Part shown: positions 1-9,666 of the stretch, piece by piece
Numbering within the stretch: the stretch's first letter is position 1
Layout of the letters: every line of letters begins with the position of its first letter
Assembly (NCBI GenBank): GCA_964531715.1
Contig: CAZHEE010000005.1
Coordinates: 21,365 to 85,364 of the forward strand
Length of the DNA stretch: 64,000 nucleotides
Direction: 5' to 3'
Source of the DNA: an uncultured Micavibrio sp.
Lineage (GTDB): Bacteria; Pseudomonadota; Alphaproteobacteria; Micavibrionales; UBA1664
Notes under the pieces: model-generated
What the model was told of the DNA's origin: nothing
What the model saw: only the letters and a program-made list of their open reading frames with translations
Databases searched by the model: none
Made by a program: the position numbers and the translations under genes

Positions 1-604
1 TTGTGATTTTTAAATTATGCCGACCACTTGGCACATAGTGAATAGCCTCACCCGTCAATTTTTGATAGAGCGTTGTATCATCGAGTGCGTCATTATCTGG
101 GTATGTTTCATGCGCCTTTAAAATAGTTTTAAAATCAAAGACTTGTGGGGTCTGAATAATCCATAAATCCTCACGGTTGATCATGTCTTGCTTACGCTTA
201 ACGCTCTCCGTTAAGGGCATTGCCAGACATACCGCATCATAGTTTTGACATGCTTGAATGAGGTTTTCTATATCTTTTTTTGTGACACAAGGACGCGCCG
301 CATCATGGATGAAAACAATATCTGGATTATGAGCCTTTAAAGCCTTCAAACCATTATAGACACTTTGTTGTCGTGTCTCTCCGCCATGAGTATGTGGTGG
401 GGTGTCATGACCCGAAAATGCGTTTCTATAGAGGTCTTCATGCTCTTGCGCAATGACGCAGTGAACAGTGTCAAAACAGGTCATATTTTCAAAGATATTG
501 ACAGTGTGACTGATGACAGACTCACCGTGAATTCGTAAATATTGCTTTGGCACATCACCGCCCATGCGTGTACCTGAACCGCCAGCAACGATTAAAACAG
601 CCAT
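1..604 (-). CDS. ispD: 2-C-methyl-D-erythritol 4-phosphate cytidylyltransferase domain (IspD, or the N-terminal part of IspDF); the 3' end runs off the window
   Basis: Absent from the ORF track because there is no stop in the window. My reverse translation from the ATG at 604-602 gives MAVLIVAGGSGTRMGGDVPKQYLRIHGESVISHTV...FIHDAARPCV...IIQTPQVF, which carries the IspD glycine-rich loop and PKQYL motif. Confidence 0.8.
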   Translation of the reverse strand, partial: MAVLIVAGGSGTRMGGDVPKQYLRIHGESVISHTVNIFENMTCFDTVHCVIAQEHEDLYRNAFSGHDTPPHTHGGETRQQSVYNGLKALKAHNPDIVFIHDAARPCVTKKDIENLIQACQNYDAVCLAMPLTESVKRKQDMINREDLWIIQTPQVFDFKTILKAHETYPDNDALDDTTLYQKLTGEAIHYVPSGRHNLKIT

Positions 605-669
605 TTTTGATTTTGTATTACGCATTATTCTTGGAAAATAGCGAATTTCCGATTAAAAGAATAGGGGAG

Positions 670-2907
670 ATGCAAAATTTAACGCTACCCAATCATGATT
701 TCAGGTCGAAATTTTATCGACATATGAAGATATGGCTTAATCGCAAGACACTTAGCAATCGCCTTGTCACAGGTTTGATTATTTTGGGTGCGATATGCGG
801 TCTGATGACCTATGCCGCGCTCACCAACGTTCCTCCGTTTGGGAACAGCTCAAGCGGGGTCATTATTCTGCTTAATGTGAATCTCATTATCTTGCTGACT
901 TTGCTTGTCTTGGTCAGCCGCAGAATTATCGCGCTTTATGTGCGGCGAAAGCAAGGAATAGCGGGGTCTAACCTCCATATTCGGCTCGTTTTTATTTTCT
1001 CACTATTGGCAGCCTTGCCCGCTATGGTCATGGCGATTTTTTCGGTCGGTTTCTTTTATTTCGGGCTTCATGGCTGGCTCGATGATCGTGTGCGCACCGC
1101 GATTTATGAGTCACAAGCGGTGGCAGAGGCGTATTTGGCGGAGCATCAACAGCTGATAAAGGCTGATGTCTTTGCCCTTGCAACCGACCTTAACAGACAG
1201 GTCGAGATATTGGGCGATAACCCAGAGGCCATGCGTCGCATGCTCGGTACTCAGTCACTTTTAAGAAATTTTTCCGATATTTATCTCCTTGATGAGAACG
1301 GCAGAATTCTGACAAGGGCAAGCAGCAGTCAAACGCCTCAGTCTGTTACTATTCCGCCAGATGTAACTGAAAATGAAATTAAGCTTTATGAAGGCGGTAC
1401 GGACGGAATCAGGGCAATATATGCGCTTGAAAACTATAATAACAGGCTGGTATATGTTGAGCGTGATATTGACCCTAAAGTGTTGTCCCATGTTGAAAAG
1501 GCGCGCGAAGGCTCGAACCAATATCGCGAGATTCAAGATGCCAGTACGCGGCTTCAAATTATTCTCACGTTGATTTACGTCTTAATTACTCTGCTGTTGA
1601 CAGTTGCCGCGATTTGGTTCGGTCTGTCGTTTGCCAAGCGTTTGATTACACCGATTACCGACCTCATAAATGCCTCGGAAAAGGCACGGGCAGGGGATTT
1701 GAGCGTGCGCGTGAACCCTATTTATGCAGTCGACGAATTCAAAATGCTGGGTCATGCGTTCAACGGCATGACAGAGCAAATTGAGAGCCAGCAAAAAGAT
1801 TTGATGAGTGCAAATGTGCAGATGGATTTCCGGCGGCGATTTACTGAAACTATTTTGGGTGGTGTCTCGACAGGTGTTTTATCGGTTAATCGGCATAAGA
1901 AAATCACGCTCGCCAATAATGCGGCGGGGGAGCTGCTTCATCTGTCTTTAGAAGATTTGCTAAGTGTCAAAATCAGCTACATCATGCCTGAGCTTGCGCC
2001 GTTTCTGGACGAGGCTTTCAAGGCTAATATGCAAGGCGTTGTTAAAACATGTGAAATACAAATGCGGCGGCAAGACCAAGCTGTTCGTACTTTTATTGTA
2101 AGAATTGTAATTGAAAATCTTGATAATCAGGAAAAAGGCGCCATTATCACCTTCGATGATTTGACGTCAGTCCTTGCCAATCAGAGGAAAGCCGCTTGGG
2201 CCGATATTGCGCGGCGCATTGCCCATGAAATTAAAAATCCGCTCACCCCGATACAGTTATCTGCGGAACGCCTAAACCGTAAATATACGAAAAATTTAAA
2301 TGCGCGTGAGCGTGAAGTTTTTGACCAATGTACTGAAACAATCATCCGCCATGTCGGGGACATCAAAACCATGGTGAACAGCTTTGCCGAGTTTGCAAAA
2401 ATGCCCGAGGCGAATATTCACCTTGCCGATATTATTCCGACAATCATGGATGTTTATATTTTAAGTCAAAATGCACATAGTGCGGCGGTTTTTGATTATT
2501 ATAGTAATATTCAAAAAGGCGAGGGTTTTAATATTCCGCATGATACCCAACAAATCAGGCAAGTTTTGGTCAACTTGGTCAAGAATGCGCTAGAAGCTTG
2601 CGAGCAAAATAAAAAGGGTGAACAAGCCCATATTGCACTCATCAGTTATCTGACTGACACGCACTTAATTATCGGCGTGGCCGATAACGGTTCAGGTCTG
2701 CCAAAAGATATTGACATTCAAAGCCTGTGCGAGCCATATGTGACCAATAAAAACAAGGGAACAGGCATCGGCCTCGCTATTGTTAAAAAGATTATCGAAG
2801 ACCATGATGGAGAATTGCTCTTTAACCCCGATTTGAATATCATGGATTTAATGGATAAACCTTATAAGACTTTGATTGCGTTTACATTACCCCTTAGGGA
2901 GGCTTAA
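670..2907 (+). CDS. ntrY: Sensor histidine kinase NtrY
   Basis: Taken from ORF 547..2907, with the start moved to ATG 670, which has an AGGGGAG SD just upstream; the longer form would overlap ispD. It has N-terminal TM helices, the H-box HEIKNPLTPIQLSAERL and the ATPase boxes ADNGSGLP / GTGIGLAIVKKI. It lies upstream of ntrX-trkA-hfq-hflX, as in other Alphaproteobacteria. Confidence 0.85.
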   Translation: MQNLTLPNHDFRSKFYRHMKIWLNRKTLSNRLVTGLIILGAICGLMTYAALTNVPPFGNSSSGVIILLNVNLIILLTLLVLVSRRIIALYVRRKQGIAGSNLHIRLVFIFSLLAALPAMVMAIFSVGFFYFGLHGWLDDRVRTAIYESQAVAEAYLAEHQQLIKADVFALATDLNRQVEILGDNPEAMRRMLGTQSLLRNFSDIYLLDENGRILTRASSSQTPQSVTIPPDVTENEIKLYEGGTDGIRAIYALENYNNRLVYVERDIDPKVLSHVEKAREGSNQYREIQDASTRLQIILTLIYVLITLLLTVAAIWFGLSFAKRLITPITDLINASEKARAGDLSVRVNPIYAVDEFKMLGHAFNGMTEQIESQQKDLMSANVQMDFRRRFTETILGGVSTGVLSVNRHKKITLANNAAGELLHLSLEDLLSVKISYIMPELAPFLDEAFKANMQGVVKTCEIQMRRQDQAVRTFIVRIVIENLDNQEKGAIITFDDLTSVLANQRKAAWADIARRIAHEIKNPLTPIQLSAERLNRKYTKNLNAREREVFDQCTETIIRHVGDIKTMVNSFAEFAKMPEANIHLADIIPTIMDVYILSQNAHSAAVFDYYSNIQKGEGFNIPHDTQQIRQVLVNLVKNALEACEQNKKGEQAHIALISYLTDTHLIIGVADNGSGLPKDIDIQSLCEPYVTNKNKGTGIGLAIVKKIIEDHDGELLFNPDLNIMDLMDKPYKTLIAFTLPLREA

Positions 2908-2910
2908 ACC

Positions 2911-3585
2911 ATGCCTTCTGTCCTGATTATCGATGATGAGGCGGATATTCGTGCGCTTTTGACAGGCATTTTTGAAGATGAAGAGTATCAGGTTTTGCAG
3001 GCCGCGCATTCTGAACAGGCTTTGGCACTCATCGGCAAGCATGAGGTGGATATCATCATTCTTGATATTTGGCTTGATAACAGTGATATGGACGGCATAC
3101 AGATTCTTAAGACCTTAAAAAAGAATAAAGTTTATAGCGGTATTCCAGTCCTGATGATTAGTGGTCATGGGAATATTGAAATGGCGGTTAATGCCATGAA
3201 ACTTGGCGCATTTGATTTCATCGAAAAGCCGTTTAAGATAGACCATATTCTCCTCGCGGCGCAACGCGCTTATGAACAAAAACAGCTACAAGATGAAAAT
3301 AAGAAACTGAAGGCTGATTTGACTGTGAGAGTATCAAATGATGCAAATACGGGTCAAGACGTATCATTTTCAGGTCACGAAAGGTTTAAATATAATGCGC
3401 CTTATAAACAAGCCAAAGACCAGTTTGAGAGAGATTATTTGACTTACATGATTTACCGGCATGATGGTCATGTAACCCAAATGGCGGAAGCCATAGGCAT
3501 GGAGAGAACCGCACTCCATCGCAAATTAAAATCGCTTAATATTGTTTACGAGCCTGAAACCGTTCCGGAGGCAGCACGATCATGA
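2911..3585 (+). CDS. ntrX: NtrX-like response regulator with receiver and Fis-type HTH only; no AAA+ domain
   Basis: Receiver motifs VLIIDDE, ILDIWL and FIEKPF, plus the C-terminal HTH MAEAIGMERTALHRKLKSLNI. It starts 3 nt after the ntrY stop and has an ATGA overlap with trkA. Confidence 0.8.
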   Translation: MPSVLIIDDEADIRALLTGIFEDEEYQVLQAAHSEQALALIGKHEVDIIILDIWLDNSDMDGIQILKTLKKNKVYSGIPVLMISGHGNIEMAVNAMKLGAFDFIEKPFKIDHILLAAQRAYEQKQLQDENKKLKADLTVRVSNDANTGQDVSFSGHERFKYNAPYKQAKDQFERDYLTYMIYRHDGHVTQMAEAIGMERTALHRKLKSLNIVYEPETVPEAARS

Positions 3586-4976
3586 TGAAAATTATTATTT
3601 GCGGAATAGGGCGTGTAGGGCTTTCCATTGCAAGCTATCTGTCCATGCAGGATAATGAAATCACGGTGATTGACGCCGACCCGAACCTTGTCAAACGGGT
3701 CAGTGACACCTATGATATTGCGGGCATTGTCGGGCATGCATCACAACCTGATATCCTTAAAAAAGCAGGGGCCGAAACGGCGGATATTATTATCGCCGTA
3801 ACCGATTGTGATGAAGTTAATATGGTTGCCTGCCAAGTTGCGCATTCGGTTTTTGGCATTCATCGTAAAATTGCACGGATAAGGAATAAGGAATATCGCG
3901 ACCCTGCATGGTCAAATTTATTTTCGCGCAACCACATGCCGATTGACATTATTATATCGCCTGAGGAAGAGATTGCCGATGCTATCCTCAAGCGTATGTC
4001 AATTCCCGGAACAACGAATGACATTGCGTTAAGCGATAATCATTTCCATGTCTCTGGCTTAATCATTGGCGAGACTAATCCGATTTGCGGGGAAACAATC
4101 AAGAATATTTATTTCGCTAATAAAATATATGAGTTCAGGATATTTCTTATTATTCGGAATGGTCAAGAATTAAATAGCACTGATCAAACTATTTTGCATG
4201 ATGGCGATGAAATCCATATTTTATGCGAGCGCGCGGTTCTCATACCGCTTCTAGAAAATCTTGGCGTCAATATCAAAACAGGTCATAACAGGGTCATAAT
4301 CAGCGGTTGCGGTGTTATTGGCGAAGCCATCGCAAACAGGCTGAGTGAGGATACTCAGTTTAAAGCATCCAATCTAACGATTATTGAACAAAACACAAAA
4401 CGCGCACGGGCTATCAGCCAAATTTTGCCGAAAGCCCTTATCCTCAGTGGCTCTGCGCTTGATTATGATATTTTGAAAGAGGCGGGGTCTGACAACGCAT
4501 CTGTTTTTGTCAGTGTCATGGACAGTAATGAAAATAACATTCTCTCTGCCATGCTGGCAAAAAAAATGGGGGCGGATTACACAATCGCGCTCAGTACAAA
4601 CAGGCTATATACACAGCTTTTGCCTGATCAATTTATTGATGCAATTGTAAACCCCGAAACCATTACGGTTTCGCGCATTTTACACAATTTAAAGCGCGGG
4701 CATATCCGCTCTATTCATACTATTCGTGATACCGGCATTGAAATTATAGAGGCGGAAATCACCGAAAACTGCGGCATTATCAACATTCCGATGTCAGAAT
4801 TATCCCTTCATGACGGTATCAAGATATTAGGCTTTTATCGCCCTGAAACAGAGCAAATAACCTTTGCAAGTGATAGCTGTATTTTAAAGTCCGGCGATGT
4901 GGTTATTATAGTTGCAAATAATGTTTCGGTTGCGGAGGTTGAGAAGCTATTCTCATTCTCAATCAACTTATTTTAA
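3582..4976 (+). CDS. trkA: Trk potassium uptake system protein TrkA
   Basis: Two Rossmann GxGxxG motifs (ICGIGRVG, ISGCGVIG), each followed by a TrkA-C-like segment. The length (464 aa) and the position before hfq are both typical. Confidence 0.9.
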   Translation: MMKIIICGIGRVGLSIASYLSMQDNEITVIDADPNLVKRVSDTYDIAGIVGHASQPDILKKAGAETADIIIAVTDCDEVNMVACQVAHSVFGIHRKIARIRNKEYRDPAWSNLFSRNHMPIDIIISPEEEIADAILKRMSIPGTTNDIALSDNHFHVSGLIIGETNPICGETIKNIYFANKIYEFRIFLIIRNGQELNSTDQTILHDGDEIHILCERAVLIPLLENLGVNIKTGHNRVIISGCGVIGEAIANRLSEDTQFKASNLTIIEQNTKRARAISQILPKALILSGSALDYDILKEAGSDNASVFVSVMDSNENNILSAMLAKKMGADYTIALSTNRLYTQLLPDQFIDAIVNPETITVSRILHNLKRGHIRSIHTIRDTGIEIIEAEITENCGIINIPMSELSLHDGIKILGFYRPETEQITFASDSCILKSGDVVIIVANNVSVAEVEKLFSFSINLF

Positions 4977-5074
4977 CTTAAATTAAGAAAATCCTATAAT
5001 TTACTTGTAACTTGCGATTATATGAACTAGTAATAAAGATAAATCAGCCAGAATAGCAATGAATGGATATTGCC

Positions 5075-5311
5075 ATGACTGAAAAAAGTCAAAATGTTCA
5101 AGACGTATTCTTGAATAATGTCAGAAAGCAAAAAGTTCCTGTGACAGTATTTCTCTGTAATGGTGTCAAGCTACAAGGCAATATTACATGGTTTGATAAT
5201 TTTTGTGTGTTGTTGAGGCGTGAAGCGCATGTTCAGCTTGTTTATAAACACGCTATTTCAACAATCATGCCTGCAGGGCCATTAAATCTCAATGAACAGG
5301 ATGAAGAGTAA
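5075..5311 (+). CDS. hfq: RNA chaperone Hfq
   Basis: Sm1/Sm2 motifs: [27 protein letters not shown]...[13 protein letters not shown]. The start is placed at the second ATG (5075). Confidence 0.95.
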   Translation: MTEKSQNVQDVFLNNVRKQKVPVTVFLCNGVKLQGNITWFDNFCVLLRREAHVQLVYKHAISTIMPAGPLNLNEQDEE

Positions 5312-5314
5312 TCT

Positions 5315-6613
5315 TTGTCTGACAATAAGAATAACCGCGTTTGTGTCATTTGCCCTGTCGATCGGCATGAAGATAATCCTGAAATTTTAAAAGAAGAAGC
5401 CTTAGGGCTTTGTACCGCGCTGAATCTTGAAATAGCGTTTTTTCAATTTTATACCCTCAAAACCATTCACCCTTCGACTTATCTTACAAAAGGTTATTTA
5501 GAAAAGCTTCAAACGAAACTGACCGATGAGAATATACCGCTTCTTTATATTGATACCCAACTCAAACCCGGTCAACAACGCGATTTAGAAAAAAAGCTGA
5601 AAGTCAAAGTCATTGACCGAACAGGCGTGATTTTAGAGATATTTGCCGACCGCGCAAAAACCCAGGAAGGGCGCATCCAAGTTGACCTGGCCTATAAAAT
5701 TTATCAGAAGTCACGCCTTGTTCGCGCATGGACTCATCTTGAAAGGCAACGCGGGGGAGGGGGATTTATCGGTGGACCTGGGGAAAAGCAGACAGAGCTT
5801 GACCGTCGTGCGCTTGATACCGAAATTCGAAAGCTTGAAAAAGATTTGGATAAAATTAAGACTAATCGTGCACTTCAACGCCGCGCGCGCGAACGGGAAT
5901 CATTTCCGATTATCGCGCTTGTGGGATATACCAATGCAGGGAAATCAACGCTTTTCAATGTTTTAACGCAGGAAAATATCATGGCGAAGGATATGGTGTT
6001 TGCAACACTTGACCCGACCATGCGCGCAATTCGATTGCCAAACGGGCAAAAGGCCATTTTGTCCGATACAGTTGGGTTTATCCGTAATTTGCCGACTGAA
6101 CTAGTCGCCGCATTCAGCGCAACTTTGGAAGAGGTCAATGAGGCGGACATTATTTTGCATGTGCAGGATATTGGTAGTGATGACCATGAGGGACAGGCCG
6201 AGACGGTAAAGGATACCCTGCAATCCATCGGAATAAATCCGGATTCTGAACATATTATCAATGTCATGAACAAAATTGATATGCTTGAGAAGACTGACCC
6301 GTTTGAGGCGTCACGATTAAAAAATTATTACGCAAATGACATGGGAACGGCGGTCATTTCAGCACGAAAAAATTTCGGTATTGATGCGTTGATGACTGTT
6401 ATCCTTGATTTATTATTGAAAGATCAGTTTCAGGCCGCAATTCATGTTCCGATACAAGATGGCAAGGCAATTGCCTGGCTTCATACAAATGCCAGCGTTG
6501 ACGATATTCTTTATGAAGAAGAAACCGCAATTTTATCAACAACCATCAGTGACGCGGCACTTAAAAAATTTATCAAGGTTTTCGGGTACCCGACAGAATC
6601 TATCGAAGGTTGA
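5315..6613 (+). CDS. hflX: GTPase HflX
   Basis: HflX N-terminal domain plus G-motifs GYTNAGKST, DTVGF and NKID. It has a TTG start 3 nt after hfq. Confidence 0.9.
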   Translation: MSDNKNNRVCVICPVDRHEDNPEILKEEALGLCTALNLEIAFFQFYTLKTIHPSTYLTKGYLEKLQTKLTDENIPLLYIDTQLKPGQQRDLEKKLKVKVIDRTGVILEIFADRAKTQEGRIQVDLAYKIYQKSRLVRAWTHLERQRGGGGFIGGPGEKQTELDRRALDTEIRKLEKDLDKIKTNRALQRRARERESFPIIALVGYTNAGKSTLFNVLTQENIMAKDMVFATLDPTMRAIRLPNGQKAILSDTVGFIRNLPTELVAAFSATLEEVNEADIILHVQDIGSDDHEGQAETVKDTLQSIGINPDSEHIINVMNKIDMLEKTDPFEASRLKNYYANDMGTAVISARKNFGIDALMTVILDLLLKDQFQAAIHVPIQDGKAIAWLHTNASVDDILYEEETAILSTTISDAALKKFIKVFGYPTESIEG

Positions 6614-7520
6614 TTGATACGGGGAAATGATCTGACCCTGCGTAAGGGCCAACCTCAACGCGGCTATAAGTTTCATTTTCGCTAATTAATATATGATCCA
6701 TGGGTATACCCATCAGAGGGAAATAAACTGGCCATGTCACTTTGTAACCTTGGTCACGCACCGTACTTTTTAAACCGTTTTTATTCAGGAAACTGACAAA
6801 ATGACTTTCCCATGGGACAGAATTAAAATCACCTAAAACAATGACCGATTTACTATGATCTTCATTATTAATATGCTGACTGATTTCATTAAAATAAATT
6901 TGCCGCTCTTCAAACCAGCTTTTATTTAGCGCAGGCTTAGGATGTGCCGAATAAACATGATAATCCTGACCGTGAATGGTAGTGAGTGCATAAAGAAGAG
7001 GGGTGTCGCCCGGCCCATGATATGTTACAGATTTTTTTAAAAACGGTTTTTTGCTGAGTAAACAAATACTAAACCCGTCACGGACTTTGGTCTGAAGGCG
7101 GTGCGTATAAGGTTTTAAGGCGTCAACCAAATGACGGTCAAGCCGTTCTGTCATCTCCATGATCAGAAGTAATTCAGGGTCAGCTTTTTCTATAAGTTTA
7201 GCAAGCTTTTCAGGTTTTTCATTATCCCTAAAAGCATTAACAGAAAATACATCTTTGTTTTCACTCTGTTCAGGTTTATGGGGCATGTGAGGGAAAAAAT
7301 TACGGATACGATAAAGATTAATGGCACTTATGATAATCGCAAAAACTGCTATATAAAAATGCCCAAAAATCAAAGCAGCAACGCAAAGCAACATGGTAAC
7401 AACCGCATATTGTAAACGGAAAAAATCCACAATAACAAACCACCAAGCCTTGTTTGAAAAACCAAGCGCCGTGAGTATTGCAATGAATAAGGTAAGACAT
7501 AAAATGATTTGTTCGCTCAT
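6600..7520 (-). CDS. Membrane-anchored endonuclease/exonuclease/phosphatase (EEP) family protein
   Basis: N-terminal hydrophobic helices followed by the EEP motifs VIVLGDFNSVPW and GSDHFPVSINL. Its 3' end overlaps the convergent hflX by 14 nt. Confidence 0.7.
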   Translation of the reverse strand: MSEQIILCLTLFIAILTALGFSNKAWWFVIVDFFRLQYAVVTMLLCVAALIFGHFYIAVFAIIISAINLYRIRNFFPHMPHKPEQSENKDVFSVNAFRDNEKPEKLAKLIEKADPELLLIMEMTERLDRHLVDALKPYTHRLQTKVRDGFSICLLSKKPFLKKSVTYHGPGDTPLLYALTTIHGQDYHVYSAHPKPALNKSWFEERQIYFNEISQHINNEDHSKSVIVLGDFNSVPWESHFVSFLNKNGLKSTVRDQGYKVTWPVYFPLMGIPMDHILISENETYSRVEVGPYAGSDHFPVSINLR

Positions 7521-7688
7521 ACTTAAACATTAACAACTTAAAACATTAAAGGTTCAAAAGTTAAATACGGTATAATAATACCTTTATTTTAACCTATTGT
7601 TTTGTAATAATTTTTCAAATATTTTTTATTTGACTTTTAGTCTCAGATGTTTGATAAAACACCACTAACTAAATTGTAGGAAGAAACC

Positions 7689-8150
7689 ATGAAAACTTAT
7701 TCAGCCAAACCGTCAGAAGTGACAAAGAAATGGTGGATTATTGATGCCGAGGATGTCGTGCTTGGCCGCATGTCTGCCGAAATCGCGAAAATTCTGCGTG
7801 GTAAGCATAAGGCGATGTTCACGCCCCATATTGATACGGGTGATAATGTGATTGTCATTAATGCCGAAAAGGTGAAATTGACAGGGAATAAGCGCGATGC
7901 CGATATTTTTTACTGGCATACTGGCTACCCTGGTGGGATTAAGCAACGCACGAAAGGGCAGATTCTGGATGGTAAGTATCCTGAACGCGTTGTTCAAAAG
8001 GCCGTTGAACGTATGATGCCGAAAGAAAGCCCATTGGCACGCGCGCAAATGAAGAAGCTCCATGTCTATGCAGGGACTGAGCATAAGCATGATGCTCAAA
8101 AGCCGGAGACGCTGGATCTGGCCGCCAAAAATTCAAAGAATAAGAGATAA
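7689..8150 (+). CDS. rplM: 50S ribosomal protein L13
   Basis: [29 protein letters not shown]...[11 protein letters not shown] is the classic L13 sequence. Confidence 0.95.
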   Translation: MKTYSAKPSEVTKKWWIIDAEDVVLGRMSAEIAKILRGKHKAMFTPHIDTGDNVIVINAEKVKLTGNKRDADIFYWHTGYPGGIKQRTKGQILDGKYPERVVQKAVERMMPKESPLARAQMKKLHVYAGTEHKHDAQKPETLDLAAKNSKNKR

Positions 8151-8161
8151 GGATAAGCAAG

Positions 8162-8695
8162 ATGGCAGACACAAAAATTAATGATTTGGCCGACTTGAAA
8201 GAGGTTGCTGAAGCATCAGGTGAGAACACAAATACAGATGAAACATCCGGTGACACTGAACAGGGAAGCAGTGACGCGGTTGCGCCACGGACACCAAAAA
8301 TTGACGACCAAGGGCGGTCTTATGGGACAGGTCGCCGTAAAGATGCGGTCGCCCGTGTCTGGGTGAAGCCCGGCTCCGGTAAAATTATTGTGAATGGGCA
8401 GGAACAAGCAACGTACTTTAAAAGAAAGACTCAGCAGCTTGTGATTAATCAACCTTTCCTCGTTTCCGAACAGGTGAGCCGTTTTGATGTGATGGCAACT
8501 GTGAAAGGTGGCGGATTATCAGGGCAGGCCGGCGCAGTGCGTCACGGTATTTCAAAGGCTTTGGCTGACTTTGCCCCTGAATTGCGCGGCTCTTTGAAAA
8601 AGGCCGGCTTCTTAACACGGGACAGCAGAACAGTTGAGCCGAAGAAAGTCGGTAAGCACAAGGCACGCCGTACAAAACAATGGGCTAAGCGTTAA
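8162..8695 (+). CDS. rpsI: 30S ribosomal protein S9, with an acidic N-terminal extension of about 50 aa
   Basis: S9 core [26 protein letters not shown]...[17 protein letters not shown]. It follows rplM. Confidence 0.95.
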   Translation: MADTKINDLADLKEVAEASGENTNTDETSGDTEQGSSDAVAPRTPKIDDQGRSYGTGRRKDAVARVWVKPGSGKIIVNGQEQATYFKRKTQQLVINQPFLVSEQVSRFDVMATVKGGGLSGQAGAVRHGISKALADFAPELRGSLKKAGFLTRDSRTVEPKKVGKHKARRTKQWAKR

Positions 8696-8712
8696 TTTTA
8701 AAGTTTTACTTG

Positions 8713-8746
8713 AACGGCGATTATATTTTATTTTCGCCGTTTTTTT
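8713..8746 (+). terminator. Rho-independent terminator after rpsI
   Basis: Stem aacggcga / tcgccgtt with a 13-nt loop, followed by a T-run. It lies 18 nt after the rpsI stop. Confidence 0.7.
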
Positions 8747-8748
8747 GT

Positions 8749-8835
8749 GCCCTGATGGCGGAATTGGTAGACGCGCTACGTTCAGGTCGTAGTTCCCGCA
8801 AGGGAGTGAAGGTTCGAGTCCTTTTCAGGGCACCA
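8749..8835 (+). tRNA. tRNA-Leu (anticodon CAG)
   Basis: Acceptor stem gccctga/tcagggc plus CCA, anticodon stem ctacg/cgtag with loop ttCAGgt, a long variable arm, and the T-arm ggttcgagtcc. Confidence 0.9.
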
Positions 8836-8946
8836 AAATCATTTGTAACCATTTTAAACAAAAAAGCACGTCATTCCCTGAATTTGACTTATTAAATTCT
8901 AAGGGAATTCATATATTTGAAATTATAGTTATTTCCAAATAGAAAG

Positions 8947-9037
8947 CGTCATTGCGAGGAAGCAACGTGACCGCGGCAATCCACACGATATCAATAATTG
9001 TATGGATTGCTTCGTCACTCCGTTTCTCGCAATGACG
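8947..9037. repeat. Palindromic MITE-like element with gtcattgc...ggattgc...gcaatgac architecture
   Basis: The termini cgtcattgcgagg / ctcgcaatgacg are inverted repeats, with an internal ggcaatcca / tggattgc pair. Related copies lie at 49513-49612 and 54050-54146. Confidence 0.8.
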
Positions 9038-9153
9038 GGATATTTGTATGAATTTTATTAGCTTTGCGCACTACGCGTAAAAAATAAAACTTCTGGTACG
9101 AACATAAAGTCTAAAGACTTTACTTTACCGTTGGTAACGTTATATCTCAGATT

Positions 9154-9666
9154 ATGACACGGCTTATCAAACCTTATAAAGACATCACCCCTACAATTCA
9201 TGACAGTGTCTATATATCCGAAAACACATCTGTGATTGGCGATGTGCATATCGGGGAGGGTAGCTCAGTCTGGTTCGGCTCTGTTATTCGTGGTGATGTC
9301 AATAAAATCCGTATCGGGAAATATACAAATATTCAGGATGGCACGATTATCCATGTCGCAACCCACGGGCAGGGCACCCATATCGGTGACTGTGTGACAA
9401 TCGGGCATCAGGCGTTGATACATGATTGTACATTGGAAGATGACAGCTATATCGGGATGCAGGCCTGCATCATGGATGGAGCGATCGTAAAATCTAAGGC
9501 ATTTGTTGCGGCAGGGTCACTTGTAACACCCGGCAAACGAATCCCGGAAGGGCAATTATGGGGAGGCCGCCCCGCACGTTACATGCGGGACCTGACCGAG
9601 GATGACTATAAACTTATGGATTGGTCTTGGTCACATTATTGTGACTTGGGTAGGAATTATAGTTAG
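9154..9666 (+). CDS. Gamma-class carbonic anhydrase-like left-handed beta-helix protein (YrdA/PaaY type)
   Basis: Hexapeptide repeats: VIGDVHIGEGSSVWFGSVIRGDVNKIRIGKYTNIQDGTIIHV. Confidence 0.85.
   Translation: MTRLIKPYKDITPTIHDSVYISENTSVIGDVHIGEGSSVWFGSVIRGDVNKIRIGKYTNIQDGTIIHVATHGQGTHIGDCVTIGHQALIHDCTLEDDSYIGMQACIMDGAIVKSKAFVAAGSLVTPGKRIPEGQLWGGRPARYMRDLTEDDYKLMDWSWSHYCDLGRNYS

Noticed and set aside
547-669. An N-terminal extension of ntrY (track start at 547)
   Set aside because: It would overlap the ispD start region on the other strand. ATG 670 has a good SD and begins the recognisable NtrY N-terminus.
8710-8895. A 61-aa ORF after rpsI
   Set aside because: It is read through the tRNA-Leu(CAG) gene (..LMAELVDALRSG.. 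is the tRNA body), so it is not a protein gene.
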